Below, piece by piece: positions 52,689 through 64,000 of a stretch of 64,000 bases of DNA. The stretch is taken from NCBI GenBank assembly GCA_051362555.1, contig JBPQGU010000016.1, forward strand, positions 930,001-994,000, in the 5' to 3' direction. A program made the translations under genes and the position numbers. Position 1 is the stretch's first letter; each line of letters opens with the position of its first letter. Origin of the DNA: Lingula anatina. Lineage: Eukaryota > Animalia > Brachiopoda. The notes under the pieces are model-generated. The model was not told the origin of the DNA and did not search any database. It saw only the letters and a list, made by a program, of their open reading frames with translations.

Positions 52689-55329
52689 TTATTGGCTGTC
52701 ACTTTGTATATTTCACGTTACCCAAGCAGGGATGACTTAAGAATAACTTAAGACTTTTGGTATGGTGATAAAAAGCATTTAAGAAAGTGTGTGGAAATTA
52801 AATTCTGTTGTTAATATTGTGTTTTGCCTGGTTGACAATACGGACTATATTAGATAATAAAAAAAAAAACACTTGCACTGTTAAATTATTAACTAAAGAA
52901 GAACTTACTTGCAGGATTAAACTAGTCTAAGACTTACCTCTGCCATGTAATATAAGCTGAGTCTGCTGTTTATGGAAACTGTAAGCCTCAAGCATTTCAT
53001 CGTTGGTCCGTGCCTGCATCCACTTTATATAATCTCCATAGTTACACAGTTGGAGCGCGTAATCCTTGAACACACCGATGTTAAAAAAAAGATAGTGGTC
53101 CTCTTCCGGTCCGGTAGCCTCAAAGTTGTGGATGATTTTGAAATCCGGCCTTGTAGCATACATCCTGACTATATAACAATTTTTTCAATTAGTATTTTCG
53201 TGCAAACCCAGAGAGCAGTTAGATCGAGTTTTTATATTGCCCAGGCACTATATGATACTTCAACTGTGAATTATTTAGTCTCATTATAAAACAATATTAT
53301 TTTTGGTGTTGCTTGCCTATTTCTTGTGTAGTTTTCAAAATTCGTGGGTCCTCGGCGTCGGGAGCAACATTTGCAACTGGTTGCAATAGTTCATAAAACT
53401 TGAGGCATGTATTCTGCGGATCGGAGAATAAGAGCTTTTGGAGGAAAGTAGTCCCAGTGCGACAGGGACCAATTATGAATATCGGCCGTTTGATTGGTAT
53501 CTGAAAAAAAGTTCAAACATGTGAACTATCCTCGAAACTATGATTTACGTTCTTGTTTTACCAAACTACGGCTGAAGTTGTGCAAAGATAAGGGTTAAGC
53601 ATTTGACATACCCAGTCAAAATTTTCTTCGATTAAGATGTTTGTTATTCATGCAATTCACACCTAAACATAAGGATTTGACCCCAGCTCACCACCTGGAT
53701 CAAAATCCGGCACGCCTCTGGCCAACTACCGAATCAGAAATCCGGCATTTGTACGGCTCATCTGTTTCAGTTATTGCTTTATCCGGTTTTCATAGTTGAA
53801 AATCAGTATAACGTAACATGGCTAGTTGGCTGAATAAGTACAATTATCACAGGAAAAAGGTCAATAAGTTGCATTGCAGACCTCTGAATACGTACACTTA
53901 TCCAACCATATTTGTTACTTTCGGAAATATAGCTGTGGGATTTTGTCCAAAAATTACACGCACACTAATTCATACAAATGCATGTCAAATATAAGGAGTG
54001 CTCGAACTTCCGCACACACAACACAATTTTTTTGTCAAACAATGTTGCGCAAATTAAAAATGGTATACAGTATTAATGAAAATGTGCAGCATGTCCAAAA
54101 AAGTAAATATATACCTACATACAGATACAGACACCATTGTGCTAGGCCTAGGCCTATAAACTCTTTGACTCAGTAACAGGCCTACCCAAGTACCAGACTC
54201 GGCACCTAAGGATCCTGAATTAACCGGTATATCGGACCACGCTACCCGTTTTCAAGGTGTGTGTCAGATCACATTTCGGAGTATCATACCCCAGAACGAA
54301 TTTTGTAGCACGACTGCGGGCTCATCCACGCTCGGCTGAACAAGCTTAAACTGTACTCTTACTTTAGAGTACTCTATTTTATTGTCTCTATGGGGATATA
54401 TGGGGACTTTACGACATTCGGTTTGAATGTTTTAACCACTTTTGATAGGGCTTTTTTGCATTGTATTAGATTAATGTGGCAGTCTAAGGTTCATCTAGGT
54501 GGCTTTCAAAATTATGCACCCGGTTTTAAAATCATATAGCGATTTTACGACAATCGTTTACTATCCAATCAAGGTGACAGCCGAGCATGCCAGGGCTCAT
54601 CCTGTCGGTGTTCTAGCTGATACTCCGAAATGCGATCTGACACACACCTTGAAAACGGGTAGTGTGGTCCGATATACCGGTTAATTCAGGATCCTTAGGT
54701 GCCGAGTCTGGTAGTTGGGTAGGCCTGAGTTATAAAGCACATGTTATGGAGGTTATATTAGCACTATACGTCGTGTAGATTTGTATCGGAGTAAATGGGA
54801 AATGTGGGGCAAAAATTTATTTCGTTCGGAGAAACACAGAAAACCCCAACAGCAATATCAGGGCGATATAAGGAGCTGTTAGACTGTCTGATATCCGGCT
54901 GACAATTTCGTATTCAAGTATAATTACAGTAATCACCAGCTGAGCCACGAGGTTGATGTTTACTGGGCATTTAAGCGTATCCTGCAGTGAAGATCATCAA
55001 AAATAAATCATAGGTCCAAAACTACCTTATGTACCGTATAGATACCATATATACATATACAGTGTACTAACCTTGTTTAAGTCAACTGAGGGCAGTCGTC
55101 TAAATATCGCTAGCCTGTTTTTAAGGACATCAGCCAAGAGTATTTCAATCTCCTGTCTTCCTGCCAAAGTTATAGTTTTGTCTTCACGAAAGCACCTCAA
55201 TAATAAGGTAAATCCTTCATACCACCAGCGGCTGGTGAGGGTATCCGACAACAGCAACTTACGGTCTTCTTCAGAGAAATGACTTAAAATACTTTCCTCT
55301 GTGAGAGGAATAGTTTGTCCTTGGGACAT
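51570..55329 (-). CDS. Sulfotransferase copy G; exons 55329-55072, 53500-53317, 53168-52938, 52105-51570
   Basis: GPCRTGTTFL and HTYRNP; exons of 258, 184 and 231 nt with an open frame; the intron 2 donor is GC (gcaagc). Confidence 0.83.
52619..52686. repeat. (TA)n microsatellite
   Basis: Perfect TA run. Confidence 0.95.
54177..54727. mobile_element. MITE with about 110-bp terminal inverted repeats
   Basis: caggcctaccca..taccagactcggcacctaaggatcctgaattaaccggtatatcggacc is mirrored almost perfectly at 54618-54727. Confidence 0.85.
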
Positions 55330-55687
55330 TGTTCAATATTCTCACCGCTAACTCAGTCAGATAGATTGCTCAGTACAGGCAAAACATAAGCCTCAGAAAC
55401 TTCTATTCTATGCCAAATAGTCGATCTTAAAGTCACCAAAAGTTACCTGCAAGTTGAATGTCCTTCATTTAATGGCATGTAATCCAAGGCGTGGCCGACA
55501 TGTCAAGGGCAGCTCACGACAATGAACCAATGTGTCTGATTGGCCGAGAAGTGCTGAATGTGAAATGTAGAGACCCATTTACATTACCATGACAACATTC
55601 TGTCTTTCATCGCATCACATAATGTCAGAAATTGACACGAGACGTACAAGGGATATCTGGTTTATGCGTGACGATAAATAGCCATTT

Positions 55688-55728
<41 letters not shown>

Positions 55729-56178
55729 AGAGAGAGAGTAAACCAGTAATAATTTATTCTGCTAGTTTTCCGGTATTGCCAGATTATGCTTGCTGAGCTA
55801 GTGTTCAGTGGAACCGCGAATCCATCCCTTGAACTTGCTTTGAAACTCGTTTCTGATGTTCTTGCTCTCTCTAGCCAGGGTACAATTATAAATAAGTAAG
55901 CTATTAGCCCGTCGTACAATATGACTACTACTAAAACAAAAAAGGTATTTGCTAAAGCCCAATTTGCTTCTACTACTTAGTTGTCTGTATGTGCAGTTAT
56001 GTCTTCTAGATCTCTCCTTACAATAGCATGGGAGAGATCATACTGACCTACCGACAATGAGGGTTTCTTCCTCCTGGCATCACATAATGATAGTAAACTT
56101 TTCATCAATTGTTCTGTGGCCAAAGTCTGTGTAGTAAAATTGATGATGGAAAACACTCTTTCACGCCCGCCCCCCCCC

Positions 56179-56219
<41 letters not shown>

Positions 56220-56434
56220 ATGGTTCGTTTGAAAGTTATGGCCTTTTTTCCGCATATGTCTCGAATTTCTCTCGTTAGAAGTTGATTATGTGCAGAAAGC
56301 ATTAGAGCCTGCACGTCTATATGGGTAACATTTCACCAATCTTGGGACATTGCATTCATCCCCATGCACTATACAGGTCATTGCTTTTAAGCGTGGCGGC
56401 AACAAAAACTCATAGGTCCTTTTATCATTTTTTA

Positions 56435-57964
56435 TATGTAACTTGGGGTAGAACGTGTACTCAACGTAAAAAAACGATTACAAATTTACGTGGAAGCAAC
56501 GATCAAAGAAACGTAGCAGCCACGTTATATGTAACGTGGGGATGAATCGTGTCTTCCACGTAAAAAACGCTTGCAAATTTACGTGGGAACATCGTTCAAA
56601 GTAACGTTGCTACCACGTTATATGTAACGTGGGGGGAAAAGTGTATTCCACGTAAAAAATGGTGACAAATTTACGTGGGAACATCGTTCAAAGGAACGTT
56701 GCTGAAACATGTATTCCACATTCAAACCTCTTACAAGTTAACGTGGGATCCACGTTCAAAGTTACGTTGCTGCCACGTTATATGTAACGTTGGGGTAGGA
56801 CGTGTATTCCACGCAAAAAAAAAAAAAACGATTACAAATTTACGTGGAAACCACGTTGCTGCTTCGTTACACGTAACGTAGTGCTGAAACATGTATTCCA
56901 AACCTCTTACAATTTCACGTGGAATCCAAGTTCAAAGTAACGTTCCTGCCACGTTATATGTAACGTGGGGGTAGAACGTGTATTCCACGTAAAAACACGG
57001 TTACAAATTTACGTGGAAACCAGGTTCAAAGGAACGTTGCTGCCACGTTATGTATAACGTGGAGGTAGAACGTGTCTTCCACGTTCAAACCTCTTACAAG
57101 TTTACGTGGAAACCACGTTAAAAGTTACGTTGCTGCCACGTTATATGTAACGTTGGGGTAGGACGTGTATTCCACGCAAAAAAAAAAAAAAAAAAACGAT
57201 TACAAATTTACGTGGAAACCACGTTGCTGCTTCGTTACACGTAACGTAGTGCTGAAACATGTATTCCAAACCTCTTACAATTTCACGTGGAATCCAAGTT
57301 CAAAGTAACGTTCCTGCCACGTTATATGTAACGTGGGGGTAGAACGTGTATTCCACGTAAAAACACGGTTACAAATTTACGTGGAAACCAGGTTCAAAGG
57401 AACGTTGCTGCCACGTTATGTATAACGTGGAGGTAGAACGTGTCTTCCACGTTCAAACCTCTTACAAGTTTACGTGGAAACCACGTTAAAAGTAACGTTG
57501 CTGCCACGTTAAATGTAACGTGGGGGTAGAACGTGTATTCCACGTAAAAAATGATTACAAATTTATGTGGAAACCACTTTCTAAGTAACGTTGCTACCAC
57601 GTTATATGTAACGTGGGGGTAGAACGTGTATCCCACGTAAAAAATGGTTACAAATTTACTTTGAAACCACGTTCAAAGTAACGTTGCTGCCATGTTATTC
57701 GTAACTTGGAGCTGCAACGTATATCCCACGTTCAAACCTTTCAGATTTACGGGTATTTCACGTTCAAACCTCTTACAAATTTATGTGGGAACCACGTTCA
57801 GAGTAACATTGCTGCTACGTTACACGTAACGTGGGGGTCAAACGTGTATTCCACGCAAAAATAACGGTAACAGAGTTACGTGGGTACCACATTTAAAGTA
57901 GCCTTGCTGCCACAATCAGTGAGACGGCTCACCACGTGGTGTCAACGTGGAGTTGCTTGCTGGG
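56435..57964. repeat. ACGT-rich minisatellite, longer copy
   Basis: Same unit as 38395-39385 but about 0.5 kb longer, with a higher-order block of about 365 bp repeated (starts near 56761 and 57124). Confidence 0.88.
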
Positions 57965-58765
57965 AATAACTTGAAGCGTATCGTTTTGCAAAACAGCAGA
58001 TTCTGTTTCTACTTCATAACAAAGGTGAGTCTTTAAATGGATTTAAGACACAATAAATTGTTTCAGTAAATTTTGATTTCTTTAAATTCATTGAAATGAA
58101 TAGGCAATACAAAGTTCCTAATACGTTAAGAAAAAATACTACTTTAAATCCATTTTTAAAACTTATGCTGTATTTTACCACTGATTCTATTTTTATTCGA
58201 GAAAAGAACAGTTTTCTTAGACTATAGAGCCTTTGCTTAATTGATCCAGCAATATTAGCCTATCGTTGTACAGAGTGCCAAATGTCTCGTGTCCTATCAC
58301 AGAATAAGCCGGGGTTATCTGAAATGGTGTGCAGTTTTTGGCTGAAGACAATATTATCTTTAAATTATAAAGCCGCTTACTAGGAAGATATGGAATCGTT
58401 TTCGTCTGAAACCCCATTCGTCAGACCCCATGAGATTGTGCTTTGAAATCACCACACCATCCTCCCACCCAGACAGTATTGCTTGTTAAATTTCTCAGTT
58501 TAAGCTTTGAAACAAAAACATTGAAAATACCTTAACAAGCCTAAATCATGTATACGCCAGTATTTCCTCTGAGTCAATTGTCAATAACTGGCAGTACGTG
58601 ATGCGTAATTGGATCATTTTGTTTCGTATTCTTTACTTCTAACACATTGACTCAGTTTCAGGGTACGCCTTGAACTAAACTCCATTAAATACAAATATAA
58701 GGCTAGCACAGGTATTTGAGATACAGAAGTAGGTGTTTTACCTTTCGTGCTAACAATTCCGGATA

Positions 58766-59023
58766 ATGTCCCAAGAACAACTGATTCCTCTCACAGAGGA
58801 AAGTATTTTCAGTCATTTCTCCGAAGAAGACCGGACGTTGCTGTTGTCGGATACCCTCACCGGTCGCTGGTGGTATGAAGGATTTACCTTATTACTGAGG
58901 TGCTTTCGTGAAGACAGTGCTTTAACTTTGGCTGGAAGACAGGACATTAAAAAACGCTGGGTTGATGTCCTTAAAAACAGGCTAGCGATATCTAGACGAC
59001 TACCCTTAGTTGAATTAAACAAG
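58766..59023 (+). CDS. Sulfotransferase copy H, exon 1 (remainder expected beyond the window)
   Basis: Nearly identical to copy E exon 1; donor aag|gttagt. Confidence 0.8.
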
Positions 59024-59444
59024 GTTAGTACACTGTACTTGAACATATGGTATCTACGAAACAGAAGGCATGTTTTGTTGACATCATTGTTCAAAATGCT
59101 CTCTTCTTTATATCTCTTTTAATATTTGTCTGTGTCTTTCGGCATGGACATAATAAGAGATGCTTTCGGTAAGTCATCATATTGAAACTAAGTGCAATGC
59201 CTACTACCTGTGGAGTGTATGAAACCTTCGAAGTTTTAGACCCAGGGGCAATTCAACCTGTAGACTACTAGTCAATTGAAAATAATCGGCCTCAACTTTG
59301 AAGAGGACAGTCTGCTTTCTGCGTGAGTTATTTATCTCAATCTGGTAGACGGATACAGTGTTGAACAAAAGCGGCTTTCAATCGATTACACAACATTAGA
59401 TAATAATATGATACATTTACTGAAAGTCTAAAACCCATAAAATA

Positions 59445-62093
59445 CATGGTTACTACTTAATATGGAATATTATTTTTTGGCGGGTAAATTTTCTAGGAAG
59501 TATTTATTTTCTCTCTTACTCTTTTAAATCCAAAACTGAGGTGTCACTTTATGTGTAGCCAGGTGTGTTACCTAATTACCATGCTACTTTCGAAACAACT
59601 AATGTAAGCAGTTGCATGTTCTGTGGTCAGAAATGTGAGGGGTGGTCTTTTCGGCAATTTCTGCCCTTGTATAAAAACGCATGGGTTTGGTCAATCTTTG
59701 GAGTGTATTTAGAGAAGTAACATAGGGATCGCTCTGAAACTTGTCAGGTACCTTAGAGAAGATATGGTTCGACAGCTAAGCAAAGCAGCTTACTATGGGA
59801 TTCTTGGTCTCAGAGAAAATGGCTAGAAACGGACAGCCATTGCCAGACAATTCAACATTTTTCAGGAACCGTTAGTAAAGTCCTCCAAACAAATGCTACA
59901 ACAGGGGCACCTACTCCAATACTTCCACCAGGGTGTCCGCGTACCACACCAAGAAGACAGGATCGCCTTCTCCTTAGAGTGCGCCGTGCTGGTCGTACAA
60001 AGGCAACCAGTGTCCTCAAAAAAAGAGTGGCAGAATGCCTTTCAAACGCCCGTTTCAAGGTCCCTTGTAAACAAGAGATTACAGCAAGCCGGTTATTTTG
60101 CACGAAGGCCAGTATGGAAACCACTGTTAACAGCAGGTCATATACAGCGACGTCTGCAATGGGCTGGGGACCACGTGCGTTTGCAGCCAAAACACTGGAA
60201 TCACGTCGTTTTCAGTGATGAGGCCAGATATGGAATTTGGTGGGTTGACTGTCGAATCCGTCCCGCCGACGTGTAAGAGGGGCATAAAACGATGATTGTG
60301 TACTACCTTGGGTGCAAGCAGGGGGTGTTAACGTCTCTGTTTGGGGAGCATTCCATGCCCAGAACCAGTTGGTTTTTCTAGGAGGCAACCTCAACCAGGT
60401 TTCCTACAGAGACATTCTACAGCAAACAATGCTTCGATTTGTAAGAGTCATCTTCAGGAACAACATTGTGTACCAAGACGACTGTGCAACCCCACATCGA
60501 GCTCGCAGAATCACTGTTTTTCTTCAAAACCAATGGGTTCAGCAACTGCCCTGGCCTGCAAACTTCCCAGTAATGAACCCAATTGAAAATCTGTGGGCGG
60601 AAGAAACTCAGAGAATTAATAGCTATGGTCATCGGCCGGTAAATAGTGATGAAATGCGACAGGCAAATATCACTGCGTGGAATGATATCCCCATCCAAAC
60701 TCTAAAAAACTTGTCACAGGGTATGGCATTTAGGATGAGGGCGCTGCAAGCGGCTGCTGGAGGTCATCCCCGCTATTGATGACTTTTCATGATTTACTGT
60801 AATGATTTCTTTGACTGTGTAACATATCACTGTCCGGAGGCTATAATTTTCTTTAATATCTTAGCTTAAAGGACAACTCAGTGGGTTAGATTAATGTATA
60901 GAAGCAGGTTCTATGTAAAACTTTGATCAGATTTGTGTTTTGGGAGATTGTTTATTATTATATGAATAAGTCTGGGTCACAAAAGTCCTGTTAAGACAAC
61001 AAGAATAAAGAATTAGAAAACGAAAACTATTTATCATGATTTCGGAGCACAGCCAGAAGTACTTCCGGCTCATGGTCACGACCTCGATTTTCCCACGCTT
61101 ACGACCAATCACAGCAGGCTTCAGTCAGAATGAGATAGACGTCACGACTACACAGCGAAACTTGTCAGACATGTAAGTGCCGCCTGTCCATCTTTTCGGT
61201 ACATGTACCGATCAAAAACAGAAAACGTAAAGCCCAAAACGCTCTTATACACGTAACCAAAAAATGACAAATATTGTCATTTATTGTGAACAGGATAATA
61301 TGATAATCAGACACACTTGAGACCTGTGAAGCGCATACTCACGTGTCGAGGAGTAGTTTCGCCTTTGCCTCGTATGTGAGTCCTAACTCAGCTTTAAGTG
61401 TCCTCCACCGCCCCACCTCCCTCCCAACATACACAGTCTGAGTGCTTCTTCGTCTGTCTCTAATTTTCTTTCGTATCATTCGAACTGGAGTGGCTATTTT
61501 CTTTCGCCCCCTTTTGTCGCTCTCCTGTTCAGACTTGACGCGCGTCTGAGCCATGTTTGCTGTTTTGGCGCCAAATAGTAACATCCGGGTCTCAGCCGTA
61601 GTACTTCATTCATAGTAAACCGCGAGACTTAGCGAGAAATTGCGCGTTCTGAAGCCGTACTGTGAGGTGGTAGCTGAGTATTTAAGACGAGTCGTCTTTT
61701 ATTATTTAATGGAACTTAAAAACGGTATTAGGTAGCTTCATTTTCTGAACGGTTTTGGATAGGATATAACCTGTACCTTGTTCATTATGGGGAAATTGGT
61801 GAGTTTTCCAGGAAAATTCATTTTCGTGCTATTTTAAGGGTTTAACGCGCTGAGACTGTCTTTAAAGTTAATACTGACATCAAACTGTTGATATGGTTTT
61901 CTGGGGGTGTTCTTTTCTTTTGAATGACTCTTATGTCAGATTTGATATTATTGACCAAAATATCTCACAACAGAAGACTGGATATTTTTCTCACTCAGTG
62001 ATATACTTTTTTGATGAATCAAGCCAAAAAATATTTAATCAGCACTCAAAAATAACAATGATAAAAAATATTCCATATTAAGTAGTAACCCTG
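59445..62093 (+). mobile_element. Tc1 transposon (duplicate of 40865-42515) with a nested insertion
   Basis: Same TIRs, TA flanks and transposase fragments; interrupted at 60870-61861. Confidence 0.92.
60870..61861 (-). mobile_element. TTAA-flanked non-autonomous DNA transposon, Kolobok-like
   Basis: TTAA duplicated at 60866-60869 and 61862-61865, with a single TTAA at the empty site near 42286. Imperfect AG...CT termini (aggacaactcag / ctgagactgtct). Carries a short basic ORF at 61339-61584 ending at a gtgagt donor. Confidence 0.75.
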
Positions 62094-64000
62094 TATGTTC
62101 TGTAGACTTAACAAACTAAAAACTAAAAACAAAGTTAAGATGAATTGAATTTATAAAATTATGACCTAAGAGTTTGAGGTAAGATAATGATGTTCAGTTT
62201 TAAATATTTCCGAGTTATAAAATGATCTTTAATAAAATTTGTTAAAAAGGTATGTTTTTAAAGCTTTTTTTTTTTTAATCCTTCACTGAGCTAATGCTTC
62301 TCAAGTCCACAGGAAATTTATTCCACTCATGTGGTGCCGCGTACTGGAATGATTTTTCGCCAAAAGATTGTGTTAATAGTTTTGACACCCAAGTTTGAAA
62401 CCTATCATTTATTATGAATCCCTCACGAAAAAGTCCTATAGGATCCTATAGGAAATTGGCCCAATTCGTAAGGGATGGCCTTCGCTGCAGGATACGTTTA
62501 AATGCCCAGTTAACATTGCATGACCTCATGGTTCAGCTGGTAATGGCTTGACAGTCTAACCGCTACCTCATATGGCCCTGATATTTCTGTTGTGGGTGTT
62601 CTATGTATCTTTTTTAGAGAAAGTCATTTTATGCCCCGCATATTCAATTCATTCTAATGTAGATGTAGGCCTACATGGTGAATACGGGTCCAATGGGTTG
62701 TAATGTGTTTCCATAACATGTGCTTGTTATCTGAGTGAACTAGGTTATTGCCCTTGCACTATGGTGTCTGTATGTGTTTGCAAAATAATATTAAAAAAAA
62801 AAAAAAAGAAGAAGGGTTTGGTGTTGCTTGTGTGGAAGTAAGAATAACCCACTCTCCAGGTTTCAGAAGATTATTTAGGCAAGATGATTTTTTTTCCTAT
62901 TTATTTATTTATTTTTTGGTTCAACGTTGTTTCAACGTTAAAACAACATAATTTGCCCGCTGGGATACTAATACAAAAAAGTATTTTGCCATCGGAATGC
63001 CCTGCTGCAATAGGAAACTGTCTTTAGTTTCAAGCACCCGCACTAAGTAATGCAAAGATACAACAAGTAGGGTAAAACATCCCAGCAGACAAACGAGATT
63101 GATTCACGGTTGAATCAACGTTAATTTTGGTGGATCAACGTTGAATCAACGTAGAATCAATGTCGTTTGCCTGCTGGGATGGTGGTGCCTAGGACGCACT
63201 GCCCAGTCATAGAAAGTCATTTAAGGTAATAAGCCCTATTTAGTTCAAGCTACAGACTTGACATTTAATATGGAATATTTTTCCAAATCATAAATAATCA
63301 GTTTTTTTCCTATTTTGCGGACTGATAAATGAAAATAAGGATTAAAATCGTGTTGTAATAACTTTTGATAATCTGTTAGATGTCATTGTGACATCAGTTC
63401 ATTAATTGAATTCGCCAGTGAAGCAAACAAAAATGCATTGCCTGTTTCAAGTCATACGCCAACCATTGAAAGCGATATTTTGGATCTCCATATTTTCCAA
63501 ATTATCATCTTTAAAAGAGTTACACGCCCCACAAAGGCCCCTCATGTCAGTGTCTAATCACAGCAACAGTCGCTGTTATGCCTGACCTCATCTTCCTGGT
63601 ACCAGAGCTTTCAAGCGGCAAGGCATTCCTTAGGATAGGTTTTTAGAATTTAATCTGGAATAAAATTCCAGGCAACGGTTAAAACTTGTCCAATTTGGTT
63701 CAGTTTTGTTGTAGGAGATGCAGGCCGTTGATTCGACGACTAATGGCCTACCCACATATTGACTATGTGGTTTCAATTATGGCGATTTTGATGACCGAGG
63801 TAGCTGTTCGCTCCCTTGGTTCTGTAAGTTATCTGCTATTTAAATTGCTCTGTGTGAACCGACAATCTCATCGTGCAACCTTAAATTGTTCCTAAGGTGC
63901 CCCCTATCAAATGATAGTCAAGTGGTTCCCAGATTATTCCTTTATTTTATCTGGTTCAAGTTTTCATCGATGACTTCCAATGGTGTTTTGGCACCAATGT

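Larger units (their letters stand above)
55265..64000 (+). repeat. Segmental duplication, copy 2 (runs off the window)
   Basis: Matches about 37178-44439. Confidence 0.95.

Noticed and set aside
14437-55329. Bacterial contamination as the source of the sulfotransferases
   Set aside because: The genes have conserved spliceosomal introns containing animal transposons and are contiguous with animal genes.

Overview
AT-rich, intron-containing animal genomic DNA, probably a marine invertebrate (an inference from the repeat content). From left to right: the last three exons of an RNF217-like RBR E3 ligase; a 7-exon secreted S1 serine protease with a short N-terminal six-cysteine (clip/defensin-like) module; and, from about 14.4 kb to the end, an array of at least eight copies of a 4-exon, roughly 400-aa sulfotransferase. 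Its architecture resembles bacterial Sulfotransfer_3 enzymes rather than animal cytosolic SULTs. Five copies look intact, two are pseudogenes and one runs off the window. The array contains head-to-head gene pairs, a recent segmental duplication whose breakpoint lies inside a coding exon, mosaic exons and a strongly diverged exon 3. Its introns carry a near full-length DIRS1-type tyrosine-recombinase retrotransposon with ITRs and an ICR, a 5'-truncated L1/Tx1 LINE with a TSD, Tc1 elements, a TTAA-flanked Kolobok-like element, MITEs and an ACGT-rich minisatellite. Family assignments come from motif recognition only; no searches were run.
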